This document shows, piece by piece, positions 37,520-50,421 of a stretch of DNA of 64,000 bases (its first letter is position 1; every line of letters starts with the position of its first letter). The translations under genes and the position numbers were made by a program. The notes beneath the pieces are model-generated. The model was not told the origin of the DNA. It did not search any database and saw only the letters and a list, made by a program, of their open reading frames with translations. The stretch is from Octopus bimaculoides (taxonomy: Eukaryota). The stretch covers positions 123,942,895 to 124,006,894 of the forward strand of contig NC_068985.1 of NCBI RefSeq assembly GCF_001194135.2, given 5' to 3'.

Positions 37520-37750
37520 TAAGAAGCTTGCTTTGAAACCACCTGGTTTTGGGTTCATTCTCACAGCGCTGAAACGTGGGCAAGTGTTTCTGTTGTCGCC
37601 TCAGGCCAACGCATGTGAGAATCTGGTTGACGAAAACGGTGTGGAATTCAGTCGTATATGTGTGTTCGTGTGAGTGTTTATCTTTGTCCCCGCCACCACT
37701 TGACAAGCAGTGTTGGTTTGTTTATGTCTCCACGACCTAGCGTTTCGTCA
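37520..37750 (+). mobile_element. SINE family A, 3'-truncated at the RTE junction
   Basis: Degraded head, gtgggcaagtgtttct core; right half cut after gacctagcgtttcgtc. Confidence 0.7.
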
Positions 37751-37751
37751 A

Positions 37752-39330
37752 CCTAGGCCAATGGAATTACAGTCTTTGTAACATTGACTCTAAGGCCCTT
37801 CGATTCTAAACATTGCTTCCACACTGGAAGTTTCTTCTCTAGTTCTGGTAGAGATTCTGCATAGAGGAGGTCCCAGGGGCAACCTGTTTTGAATTTCTCT
37901 GTTATTGCCTGGATGACTATCATGAATAAGAGGTGGGTGCGGGCTGATCCTTGGTGGATCCTTACTTCTACCGGGAATTCTTCACTATACTCATTTCCAA
38001 TCCTAACCCTACTAACGGCATCTCTGTACAGGGCCTGTACAGCCCTTATTAACCAATCGTCAATCCCCAGTTTCCGCATCGGCCACCAGATAAGGGACGA
38101 AAGTCACTAATGACTAGCCTATGCTGGGGATGCATTCTTCACCTGAGAGGGTCTTTGTATTTAAGAGCAACCCTGCGTCCCGCTGTCTGGTGAGGATGAA
38201 ATCAATCTGGCTAGCAGAGTCACCTGATTGATAGGTTATCAGGCGGCTGTCTGGCTTCCTGAATTTAGTGTTGCAGATTAAAAGGTCACATGCATCACAG
38301 AACTCCAGTAGTCTAGTTTCCTCATCGTTCCGGAAACCAATACCACGGCCCTCGTGTACACCAGTGTACACCGCCCAACATGCCAATTAAAATCTCCAGC
38401 CACAAAGATGCGGTCATTGCCACTCATCTTTGAGGTAGCCTATTGAAGGGTATTATAAAAATGGTCCTTCTGATCATTTTGTTTCCCCGCTTGTGGGGCG
38501 TAGGCAGAGATAATTGTAGCTGTGCTGTTCTGCAGGACTAACCTGAGCTGATGCGCTCTATCGCATACCCTGACAACCTCTAAGACCTTATCCACCCATT
38601 TCTCCGCAAGGAGTATGCATACACCCCCTACTCCATCCATGTTACCTTGTCAGAAGACTTTATACCTATGTACCTTGCCAGTGAGGACCCTAATTGAAGC
38701 TCCTCTCCATCTTACCTCTTGTATGCAGCATACATCAACCCGTCTCCTTTCAAGCATCTCTACAATCACACTAGACCTACCTTTCGGTGAGCCTACATTG
38801 ACAGTGCCAACTCTGAAAACCGGTAAGAGAATGTGGGGTGCGGCTTGGGGAGGAGAGATGTTATTCAGCGCCTGAAAAGAAGAGGGAGGTTGTCGTATTC
38901 GTTATTTAGGCATGCTTTACCTGTTCTCACTTCCGACCTGACAAAAGTCAAACATTCAAGCGTGTCAAGATTGTTGCCCTTACTAGAGGGAGAAGCAGGT
39001 GTTAGCGGCGTTGTAAGCATAAGAATTATAGCCATCGAATAATGTAAATTTAAGCGGTGTAGCAAAATATGGATATTCCAGTGTTAGATTAGGTAGGGAG
39101 TCAGCTGAAACTGGTTGCGTTTGTCCAGTAAGAGGGGGATTGCAGATATGATAGAGGGTACCACCAGGGGGAAGGGTTCAGACAGAGAGAGAGGAAACAA
39201 GCTCATCCCTACATACACACAAGTGAACCCACACACAGGAACAAGCACACGTGGACAGCCGAATAGCTTTCTCCTTCACTTGATAAGGCGAAGGAAAACT
39301 TCTGCGTAGTTGTTGGCATGTTTCTAGCCG
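37752..39330 (-). mobile_element. RTE-clade LINE, internally deleted and 3'-truncated
   Basis: APE endonuclease (VGTVNVG..VDVCCIQEVRW..IISAYAPQAG..IFVAGDFN..SQIDFIL..GEEC.PQHRLVISDF) fused to the RT middle (LIWW.MRKLG..VRIHQGS..LLYA-ESLPELE..GLRVNVTKT). Confidence 0.92.
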
Positions 39331-39395
39331 GAACGAAAACGAAACGAAAGATAGCCGGTTAAGTAGGTGGGCAGATAACCTGGTGTATTTGTCCC

Positions 39396-39482
<87 letters not shown>

Positions 39483-40301
39483 CAGGTAATATAGGGAACA
39501 GCACCAGTGAGGAGTGAGGAATTGAGAGAAGAAACATCTGGTAATGGTGGTCACAAATTTCTAGACAGAACGAAACGAAAGATAGCCAGTTAAGTAGGTG
39601 GGTGGGTGGGTTGTTGGGCTAGTTGCATTTGTTCCATGAGAGAGAAAGAGTGCAGGTAATATATAGAGAACAGCCCAGTGGGGAGGATTTGTTGGGAGAA
39701 GAGACATCAAGCAATGGTGGTGAGAGGAGAGAGAGATATCCGGTGTAGATGGTGGGAAGATAGAGATATCCGGTATTGGTGGTGGAACGGGAAAGGGCGG
39801 ACGCACCGCGAACAAACAAAGTTTAGTTTGGGGACATGGTACGAGGGACGAAAATAACGGTAATAATAATGAAATTAAACAGATCGAGAAACGAGTAATT
39901 ATCTTCACGAAATTACATGAGAGATAAAATTATATTTTGAGTGGACATTTTCAATGGTTAGCTCATGAAAACTTGCTGTTAGTAAGTAATACACTTAAAA
40001 TGTTAATGGCGAATGAATATACGAAAGATCGAAAAAAAAAAACGAGAAAATCTTAACTTAACAACGCATCATCGTTTGGTGAAGGAATGGAAGGGAAGGG
40101 AAACAGGAGACAAGAATTTTTAAATAGATAAGCTGCAACCGGAAGCCAGTTTAGTTTGGGGACATGGTACGAGGGACGAAAATAATGGTAATAATAATGA
40201 AATTAAACAGACTGAGAAATGAGTAATTATCTTAATGAAATTACATGAGAGTTAAAATTATATTTTGAGGGGACATTTTCAATGGTTAGCTCATGAAAAC
40301 T
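39320..40301. repeat. Two pairs of local direct duplications (about 240 bp diverged at 39320/39558; 154 bp at 39820/40148)
   Basis: Repeated tttctag..gaacgaaacgaaagatagcc.gttaagtaggtggg unit and repeated agtttagtttggggacatggtacgagg...gctcatgaaaact unit. Confidence 0.85.
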
Positions 40302-40304
40302 AGC

Positions 40305-40895
40305 TAGTCATTTGACTGCAGCCATGCTGGAACACCGCCTTAATGAGTTTTAGTCGAAGAAATCGACTCCAGGATAGATTCTCTGTAAACCTAGTACATA
40401 CTCTATCGGCATCTTTTGCTGAACCGCTAAGTTACGGGGACATAAATACACCAGCATCGGTTGTCAAGCGAGGACGGAGGTACAAATACAGACACATGCA
40501 CATAAATAAATACAGATATATATATATGTATATATATATACGATTAACTTGTTTCAATTTCGTCTACCAAATCCACTCAAAACGCTTTGATCAGCCCGGC
40601 TATAATAGAAGACACTTGCCCAAGGTGAGACTGAACCTGGAACCATGTGTTTGGGAAACAATCTTCTTATTTCTTTATTGCCCACAAGGGGCTAAACATA
40701 GAGGGGACAAACAATGAGAAATAGCGGGATTAAATCGATTACATCGATTACATCGACAACGAAAGGATGAAAAACAAAGTCGACCTCAGCGGAATTTGAA
40801 CTCAGGACGTAAAGACAGACGAAATACCGCTAAGCATTTAGCCCGGCGTGCTAACGTTTCTGCCAGCTCGCCGCCTTTACCACACAGCCACACCT
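40305..40895 (-). mobile_element. SINE family A interrupted in its tRNA head by a family B copy
   Basis: Right half 40305-40500, (TA)n, left half to about 40667; head resumes at 40877 (ttaccacacagccacacc). Confidence 0.85.
40668..40877 (-). mobile_element. Nested SINE family B, tail type 2
   Basis: Head aggcggcgagctggcagaaacgttagcacgccgggc; tail ccctctatgtttagccccttgtgggcaataaagaaataag. Confidence 0.9.
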
Positions 40896-40905
40896 GAGCA
40901 TTATA

Positions 40906-41116
40906 TATGACCGCGAGTCCGCTGCCCAGTGGTTAGGGCAGCGGACTCGCGGTCATAGGATCGCGGTTTCGATTCCCAGACCGGGCGTTGTGAGTGTTTA
41001 TTGAGCGAAAACACCTAAAGCTCCATGAAGTTCCGGCAGGGGATGGTGGCGAACCCTGCTGTACTCTTTCACCGCAACTTTCTCTCACTCTTTCTTCCTG
41101 TTTCTGTTGTACCTGT
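40906..41116 (+). mobile_element. SINE family C with fold-back 5' end, cut by a gap
   Basis: Perfect 22-bp inverted repeat 40906-40927/40936-40957 replaces the normal 5' leader; body matches family C. Confidence 0.9.
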
Positions 41117-41575
41117 NNNNNNNNNNNNNNNNNNNNNNNNNNNNNNNNNNNNNNNNNNNNNNNNNNNNNNNNNNNNNNNNNNNNNNNNNNNNNNNNNNNN
41201 NNNNNNNNNNNNNNNNNNNNNNNNNNNNNNNNNNNNNNNNNNNNNNNNNNNNNNNNNNNNNNNNNNNNNNNNNNNNNNNNNNNNNNNNNNNNNNNNNNNN
41301 NNNNNNNNNNNNNNNNNNNNNNNNNNNNNNNNNNNNNNNNNNNNNNNNNNNNNNNNNNNNNNNNNNNNNNNNNNNNNNNNNNNNNNNNNNNNNNNNNNNN
41401 NNNNNNNNNNNNNNNNNNNNNNNNNNNNNNNNNNNNNNNNNNNNNNNNNNNNNNNNNNNNNNNNNNNNNNNNNNNNNNNNNNNNNNNNNNNNNNNNNNNN
41501 NNNNNNNNNNNNNNNNNNNAGATAGATATGTATGGGGTCAGTGCAATTTTTTTCTAACTTCTTTTTTCTTTCTTT

Positions 41576-41633
<58 letters not shown>

Positions 41634-41639
41634 ATTGTT

Positions 41640-42045
41640 TTAAACCATTACCATCCCAGTACCACCATCATCGTCACTACAACTGACATACACACGCCAT
41701 TCAGACTTCTGACGCTGCCGCCATCAATACCTTTCACTTTGCTGCCTTCCCCACCACCACTGTCTTTCACATCGCTTACTATCACCGTCATCCCTGACCG
41801 CCTCGGCTACCACCACCATCATCACCGTCGCTTCCGCCATTATCACAACTACAACTCATACTATTACTATCACCCCATTACCATCACAGCCGTCAATCCA
41901 CTACCGCCTCCACCGTCTCTGTGCCCAGTATTACTCTCACCTCAACATTGAGGAATAGTAGAAGTGTCATTGAATAGTGAGAGAGTGGGTCAAAGTGTGA
42001 CACACTGACGCACAGAAATTCGTTTTGGCATTTATTATTATAGAT
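41640..42045 (-). mobile_element. Possible Helitron/HINE-like non-autonomous element
   Basis: Minus strand starts ATCTATAATAATAAATG followed by a (GTG)-rich low-complexity tract; based on terminal resemblance only. Confidence 0.25.
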
Positions 42046-42257
42046 TTATGTATATAAGATTGGTGTTATTCTATTCGTCTGTCACGTTATCGTTAGATCA
42101 AAATGATTTTCAAGTTAAATATACAAAGATATTTAATTGTTAAATGGCCATGAATATTTCACCCTCAAATATAATCTCTCTTCCAGAGAGACTGGAAGAA
42201 GAAAGACAAAAGTAATAAAACATGCGATAGAGTTAACTACAGCCACTTCTGCTCTAG

Positions 42258-42307
42258 ACCTATTTTGATGTAGTTCCTTCTACCGCTTTAAACTGCTTAT
42301 ATTTCTG
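42258..42307 (+). CDS. Candidate internal exon (TYFDVVPSTALNCLYF)
   Basis: Acceptor ttctgctctAG, strong donor CTG|gtaagt; phase-0 start compatible with 33712-33785. Confidence 0.2.
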
Positions 42308-43052
42308 GTAAGTAAACTATTAAAAAAAATCTTCATTGGTTCGTAAGGTAAATATGCTTTTTGTAAAGTAAGTACATTATTTTCCACTAAAATATTTCTT
42401 GTTATAAAACAATTGTGAAATTTTAAAAATAATGTCATAAAAAATATTCTTTATCCAAATAAAAATAATTCAATGAAAAATCTGGGTTTGTATATCTATG
42501 TATAGTCACTTTTGTATTTTTTACAGCTTAGTTAATTCCATCAGTCTAGCTTTTTCCGTAATCTTTGTGTTCATAAAATTATTCTTTTTCAAGAACGTAT
42601 AAGCAAGTTGGATATTTTGTAAAAACGTTACAGTCGTATAATTTTGTTTGGTATTCATTTTCAATGTCTTCCTCGCTTTTGCATGTTTACAATATTTTTA
42701 TGAAAAAATAATAGAATTTATATACAGTCGACGTTTGTATCTGAAGACAAAGTTTAATGTTTTAGATTTAAATCATAAAAACTTCAAAAATTCTCTCAGG
42801 CAAAGAATTCGCATGAGAAAGACATGAGATGCATTCATACGCCAACAAAACTGGGAAATAATTGTACAATCATCACTGATAATTTTGGTTAGATCTTTAC
42901 GAATTCAATTAAAATATGGGACATTGTTTATAGGTACAAAAGACGACTGTATATAAATACTATAAATTCTTCATTAAAATATTGTAAAACTTCAAGAGCA
43001 AAACCAACTTAATAATGATGTCAAATTTTTAGCATAAACACAGCAATTTCGA

Positions 43053-43221
43053 GGTGTGGCGTAATTCGACTGCATCGACCCCAGTACTCATTTGGTACTT
43101 ATGTTATCGACCCCGAAGACAAAGTCGACCTCGGCGGAATTTGAACTCAGAGCGTGAGACAGACAAAATGCCGCTAAGCATTTCGCCCGTCGTGTTAACG
43201 ATTCTGCCAGCTCGCCTCCTT
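43053..43221 (-). mobile_element. SINE family B lacking most of its tail
   Basis: cgactgcatcgaccccagtactc...gtcgacctcggcggaatttgaactc...ctgccagctcgcctcctt. Confidence 0.85.
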
Positions 43222-44293
43222 AAAGGTAATTTAATAATAACTATCAAAATACAAAATTTTACTATAAAATGTCATAAAAAAAAGAAAAAAACGTCTGACT
43301 TACATAATTTTCTGAATACGAAATCAATTATGAAAACGGAGGTAACGGTAAAGTTTACATTGGAAGACTTAAAATACGCTCCAAGAAAATAGAGATTATA
43401 TACACACATACAAACCCAGATTTTTTATATTCTATAATAAAATTTTAAATCGTTTATAGATAATGCGTGAATTAAGGCGGAGCACCACATGTCTAATGCC
43501 TTATAGCGTAATATATTTATGCTGAAAATAATAGATGATTGATTGAAGTCTGCTTTTATGGCGCATCGTAAGTCGACTAAATTAGCCAATTAAAATTACT
43601 TCAGTAACTCTTACGAGGGTTATTAAAGAAAGACAGTAGAGTAGTATAACTATTTTAGCACCATTTCAAACAATCATACGCATCTTAATATTTCTGTTGG
43701 TGCAAGGTTAGGGATGCCCCTACGGTGTCTCTGTTCCATTACAGTTATATTAGGTAGCTAAAAGAATTAGTGAAATCCTGGCACATGTCACCAAGTGATA
43801 TTCCTTTGCGAGTGACCGCTATAATTCAGTTTAATATGTGACGGAACATAAAATTGCATATAAGTACACAACATTACTTTCTCATACGTACAAGTTTCGT
43901 GAGATTAACTATTCTCTCAATTGACTATACTATTAATAAATCTAAATACTGAAGAGGTATTTAAGATTTTTCTTTAAATTGCTGGTCATCTTTGATTATA
44001 AGAGTAGAGATGTCAAGTACATTTCTTCAATAATCGAAAGACGGAGAAATAATATTTAGCTGCAACTGATGTAATGTTTACAGTTCCAGAATACGTGACA
44101 CCAAGAGTTGCCTAATGTTTCAATATGAACATGTTTGCATAATAGTGTATCTATAAAAACTGCTCAAAAATAATTACCATATAATAAACATCTTCAGTGT
44201 AATCTTCACAGTTCAATACTTTCAGTATATAGAAATCTTCTCAGAATACATTTCTTATATGTACTTTGACACAGGTGCATACATATATACTTG

Positions 44294-44343
<50 letters not shown>

Positions 44344-45123
44344 CACACATGTATATACATACACACTCCCAAACACACACATATATGTATGTATGTGTAT
44401 ATATATATATATATATACACGTACATACATACACAAATACCCATATACGTACTTGTAGAAATGTGCTTGATAGAGTGTGTTTATATGTCTGTGAGGCTGT
44501 GTCTCCGCATGTTTGAGTGCACGTATCAGAATACTTAAATGCTTTCTTGTGTACGTTGAAAATTCTCGACTCTTTGAAACCTTCCACAATCAAAAGCGGT
44601 TTTGTTTATGATTTCCTTTTGTTTTGATTTTTCTGTTCAGAACATGAGAGATAACATTAAATTTAAAAAGAAAGACCACTAAAAATTGCAATAATAATAC
44701 GAAAGCAAAAACCAAAATGTGATATCGTAGAAAGTGAACAAAAATACAAAAAAAAAAAAAAAAAAAAAAAAAAAAAGCCGGTGGTGAAATCACCTCAAAG
44801 AAGTTGAGTCTATCATAGAAACTAAAATTTATCAGCCATCTCCTTTCAAGCATTATTAAACTTAAAAGCAGTATCTAACTCACGGTTTTTCTAGATATTA
44901 GCATTGATACATTCCTCATTTATTTACTGTTCACTTGATTTTGCTATACATATATACATATATATGCACATAAATACATTTATACACACGTGCATACATA
45001 TATGCATACGTACGTACATGCATACATAAATACATATGTATATATATGTGCATGCATACATACACATTCACGTGTGCACATTTTATGCGAGGATGTATAT
45101 AGGCGTAAAAATACATAAATGCT

Positions 45124-45187
<64 letters not shown>

Positions 45188-45674
45188 CATGAACACACAC
45201 TCACACACACATTCAGACACACACTCACACACACACGCACACACACACTCGCACACACACATACACATATATAAACATATATAACTGCATTCAGATTAGT
45301 CTTATATATTCTCTACTGCAGTTTTATCTTACAGCCACAAACCAACCTCATTTTCTGTCTGTTTCTGTGTTATAAATGTATGTATGTATGTATGTATGTA
45401 TGCATGCATGAAAACATGTGTGCATATATGTATGTATGCATGTATGTATTTATGTACCTAATTGTCTTCTATCTACCTTTCAAATCGATAAACTAAACTT
45501 ATTTCAACGTTATTTACGTGCATTTTGTTTTTCTCGTTTATCATATTTTCAAAGAATTTATTTTTTATATATATATTTACTTCTCCCGTATATTCCTCAT
45601 ATACAGGTAATATTAAATTTTATCCCGATAACTCACTGACAGTTCTGCTCCTTTATCATTTTTGTTTGTCTTTA

Positions 45675-45750
<76 letters not shown>

Positions 45751-47072
45751 NNNNNNNNNNNNNNNNNNNNNNNNNNNNNNNNNNNNNNNNNNNNNNNNNN
45801 NNNNNNNNNNNNNNNNNNNNNNNNNNNNNNNNNNNNNNNNNNNNNNNNNNNNNNNNNNNNNNNNNNNNNNNNNNNNNNNNNNNNNNNNNNNNNNNNNNNN
45901 NNNNNNNNNNNNNNNNNNNNNNNNNNNNNNNNNNNNNNNNNNNNNNNNNNNNNNNNNNNNNNNNNNNNNNNNNNNNNNNNNNNNNNNNNNNNNNNNNNNN
46001 NNNNNNNNNNNNNNNNNNNNNNNNNNNNNNNNNNNNNNNNNNNNNNNNNNNNNNNNNNNNNNNNNNNNNNNNNNNNNNNNNNNNNNNNNNNNNNNNNNNN
46101 NNNNNNNNNNNNNNNNNNNNNNNNNNNNNNNNNNNNNNNNNNNNNNNNNNNNNNNNNNNNNNNNNNNNNNNNNNNNNNNNNNNNNNNNNNNNNNNNNNNN
46201 NNNNNNNNNNNNNNNNNNNNNNNNNNNNNNNNNNNNNNNNNNNNNNNNNNNNNNNNNNNNNNNNNNNNNNNNNNNNNNNNNNNNNNNNNNNNNNNNNNNN
46301 NNNNNNNNNNNNNNNNNNNNNNNNNNNNNNNNNNNNNNNNNNNNNTATATATATATATATATCCATATAAAATATGAATTCAAAGGACCAAGTGGAACCT
46401 GCCGTAAATACTCCAGTCGGGAACTCGGCTATCATCAAGCCACAAGATAAGATATCAGTGTAACTTAATATATACCCAAACAATAGATTATCAGTTACGG
46501 AATACAACTGTTCAGAAAGTTCCCTTAAGTTTCCTGGCCATATATGTGCGCGTGTGTGTGTTTGTGTGAGTGTGTGTGTATCTGTGTGTGTGTGCATGTG
46601 TGTGTGTGTGTCAGTGTGTGAGAGGGAGGGAGAGAAATCACGTCACTAGTTACATTTCATTGTTAAAATTCGTTAAAAATATTCTTTTCTCATAACGTAT
46701 GTCTTAAAAGGAAATCGAAGAATAGATTAAAAGTAGACCGTTGCTCTATTTTTAGAAACCACGCTGTATTAGTCGACTATCTGCGGTGGTGAACGGACTC
46801 CCCCGAACTATGTCTTTAATCATTTTTAATTAAATGAAATTACAGGCAGAAATGAAACAGGCTGTTAAGATAGAATTTCAACTGACCATTGAGATTATTC
46901 AACCAAAACAAGTAAACAGAATTCACCGTAGGATCTGTTGCGAAATTACAGGAGTAAATAACTTCGGAAAAATCTCTATAGATTTTAAATAACACGATTT
47001 ATGCTGAGAATATTCAATAAACTCCATCACCAACATCGTTTAATCGTTCAGAAGATTATGTTTTTCACTCAT

Positions 47073-47240
47073 AGACGCAAGAGTGGCTGTTTGGGAAGAA
47101 GCTTACTTCCCAACCACATGGTTCCGGGTTCAGTCCCATTGTGTGGCATCTTGGGCAAGTGTCTTCTATAGCTTCGCGCCGACCAAAGCCTTGTGGGTTG
47201 ATTTGTTAGACGAAAACTGAAAGCCTGTCGTATATATATA
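47073..47240 (+). mobile_element. SINE family A, left half, ending in (TA)n
   Basis: gacgcaagagtggctg...ggttccgggttcagtccc...ttgggcaagtgtcttct...gtcgtatatatata. Confidence 0.85.
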
Positions 47241-47569
47241 CATAGTTATTTGGAAAACAGAAGGCTGTATATAACCTTTCACTTCGTCTTTTCCCGGATA
47301 CAGTTGCTCAGCAAAGTAGCATTTTCTTTTTGAATGACACGTGTCGTCTTCCTGTTTTGTTTGAGTTGGCTTAAGTCGAGTCAATCTTTTTTGTCTTAAG
47401 TGTAAGCAAATAACGAGATGCCGTAGGATGACGATTTTCCTGTTGCTCCTGAAACTGCTAATTTATACCCATATTTTATGTTTTCCTTTCTGTTTTTTTT
47501 TTTTGTTATACAAGTGTATAGGTCTAAACTTTAAATTCATATGCCTTTGATGTTTCCCAATTTGTCTAT

Positions 47570-47730
47570 AGCATGGGATACGCCATTCGGCACAGACTGG
47601 AGGATCACGATTAATCGGCCAGATATTGTTAATAACCACGTGAAAAGGAAATGCTTCCTAACCGAAGTACCACTTTCAACAAGTAGTCATGTATCTCCTA
47701 CAAAAATAAGATCTGGAAATAGAGCTAACA
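47570..47730 (+). mobile_element. R4-group RLE remnant
   Basis: AWDTPFGTDWRITINRPDIVNNHVKRKCFLTEV, homologous to the peptide in 21891-22828. Confidence 0.65.
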
Positions 47731-47739
47731 AGAATATTG

Positions 47740-48800
47740 ATTTCAAATTTTTTACACAAGGTCCGCATTTTCAGGGGACGGGTAAATGGATTACTACAAC
47801 CCCAGTGCTCAACTGGTACTTATTCTGTCGACCTCGAGAGGATGAAAGGTAAAGTCGACATCGGCAGAACTTGAACTCAGTATGTAGAGACGGACGAAAC
47901 ACCACTAAGCATTTTGCTCGACGTACTAACAATTCTCCCAGCTCATCGCCTTAATAATCCTTTATACTATAGGTACAAGGCCTGAATTTTTTTGCGGGGA
48001 GGGCACTAGTCGATTACATCAACCCCACTGTTTTTCTGTTACGTAATCTATCGATCCCGAAAGGATGAAAGGTAAAGACAACCTCGGCGGAATTTGAACT
48101 CAGAGCGTAGCGGCAGACGAAACACCGATAAGCATTTTCTTCGGCGTGGCAATGGTGGGACTCCGTCGGTTACGACGACGTGGGTTCCAGTTGATCCGAT
48201 CAACGGAACAAACTGCTCGTGAAATTAACGTGCAAGTGGCTGAGCACTCCACAGACACGTGTACCCTTAACGTAATTCTCGGGGAGATTCAGCGTGACAC
48301 AGAGTGTGACAAGGCTGGCCCTTTGAAATACAGGCACAACAGAAACAGGAAGTAAGAGTGAGAGAAAGTTGTGGTGAAAGAGTACAGCAGGGTTCGCCAC
48401 CATCCCCTGCTGGAGCCTCGTGGAACTGTAGGTGTTTTCGCTCAATAAACACTCACAACGCCCGGTCTGGGAATCGAAACCGCGATCCTACAACCGCGAG
48501 TCCGTTGCCCTAACCACTGGGCCATTGCGCCTCCACTTCTCCGGCGTACTAACAATCCTACCAGCTCGCCGCCTTAATAATAATCCTTTCTACTGGAGGC
48601 ACAAGGCCTCGAATTTGTGGGGAGGGGGTAAGTCGATTACATCGACCCCAGTGTTTCGCTGGTACTTAATTTATCGACCCCGAAAGGAGGAAAGGCAAAG
48701 TTAGCCTCGGCGGCATTTGAACTCAGAACGTAGCGACGGACTAAACACCGCTTAACATTTCGCCCGTCGTGCTAACGATTCTGCCAGTTAGCCGTCTTAA
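47740..48800 (-). mobile_element. Head-to-tail array of three SINE family B copies joined by short (TTA) linkers
   Basis: Units at about 47740-47952, 47953-48575 (interrupted by SINE C) and 48576-48797; each head ...cgcctt abuts aataat. Confidence 0.9.
48148..48535 (-). mobile_element. SINE family C, full length, nested in family B, with an 11-bp TSD
   Basis: TSD ttcttcggcgt (48137-47) / ttctccggcgt (48537-47). Confidence 0.92.
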
Positions 48801-49145
48801 TAATAATAACAACTTTGGCATATGGCCAGCAGTTTAGGGGGAGGTGTAGTTAACCAGAATATTCTGACAGAAAATGCAAGCAGCCTCTTTAATAAGAGAT
48901 GATTTGCAATTCATTAAAAAGACACGTAGGAAAAGACATCCAAAATTCCATAACTTAAACATATGCACAACTTGAAGAAAATAGCGCTAAAAGACACTGC
49001 GTGCACCTGATGTAGAATTTTTCCAATACAACAGAAATACAAAACCAATACAAAAATACTGCACAGACTCAAAGCGCGCAAATATGCATTCGGTAGTGCA
49101 GTGAAAGCACGCAATAAAAATAAGACTACTGAATAACAACACAGA

Positions 49146-49177
<32 letters not shown>

Positions 49178-49897
49178 TCAAAGATGATGAGTATGATGAT
49201 AATGATGATAATGATGATAATGATGATTATTTTTGAAATTCACTATCAATTAGCCTAATCGAAGCTTCATGATGGATTCGTGTCAAGGTCGAGCTAGCTT
49301 ATTTGACGCTGCTCGAATCAATAAAACAATTATGTTTCTAATCTTGAATGGTTCATATGATGCAACTTCGAATATGATGTCATCTCTCAGTCAGGAATGG
49401 ATGACAGGTGCATGTTGATATTGATCTTATTTCCCCAGCATCAAGAATAGCGTCTTGTGCGTAGGTATGATGTTGATGCTGCAGTTTACTACCCGGTCAG
49501 CCTTGAATCAGCATACACATATAACCAAAGGCGTTCTCACTACAATCATCCTATCGGGTATCCAAGTATATGTTATCTAATGTGCCCTTGCTTTTCCCAG
49601 ACGATAGGGTGTGGTCTAACTACTATTTCTAATAAATCGAGCGACCACGTAGAAACTTATATGTAATTTGTTTTCTTTTTTGCCGTTTTTCTTTTTTTTC
49701 TTTATGGAGGTATTGATTAGCCCCAGGCAGCACTGATCAAGCATACCTCTAATTAAAGACATTCTAGGTGTTTATATTGCACCTTTTTTTCTTTATTTTC
49801 AAACATTGTGCATCTAGGACAACATTATCAAATGTGTTCTTCCACTTTCTAAGAGAGTAGGGAATGATTTGTGAAAGATCTGATCTCTTATTTTTAG

Positions 49898-49958
49898 AAC
49901 AAGCGACCACATATAAGTCACTTCTGCGGCGTCTGAAGTGCTTAACAGATCAGAGCAG
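49898..49958 (+). CDS. Candidate internal exon (xQATTYKSLLRRLKCLTDQS)
   Basis: Strong acceptor tctcttatttttAG and donor CAG|gtacgt; exactly one open frame; locally higher GC. Confidence 0.4.
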
Positions 49959-49962
49959 GTAC

Positions 49963-50421
49963 GTAATGGTGGACATTCAGTCATTTTAAAGATCGTAGCT
50001 AATTTCACTGAGGTGGAGGAATAGGTGAAGATAACAAATAGTAGTAGTAGTAGCAGTTGTTGTTGTTGTTGATGTTGTTGTTTTTGTTGTTGTAGATTTT
50101 CTCTCCCAATCCAATTTTATTTCGTCTTCCAGCATGAGCTCATAGGTGACTATAGAAACTGAGATTTGAAAAATTTGGCGATTTTCTCTGCACAGGATCG
50201 TTCAGGATTTTTCAACAATGGTGGCTAGCCTATACTTCCTCGTCTGAAGTTTTTAATACTTTTTCCTGTCTCGTTCACTGAATTTTCAGCCCAGTTGATA
50301 AATCTGTCATTTTCTCTGCCTTTACAATGGTTTCTTAGCCTGAGGAGTGAAAAGACTTTTGATGAGAAGAGAGCTGATGTGAAGCTTTCGCCTTGACTCG
50401 CGGCAGTTTTTACCTAAAATC
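49963..50421. repeat. Direct repeat of about 460-475 bp, copy 1
   Basis: Near-identical to 52584-53059; both copies are followed closely by N gaps. Confidence 0.9.
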
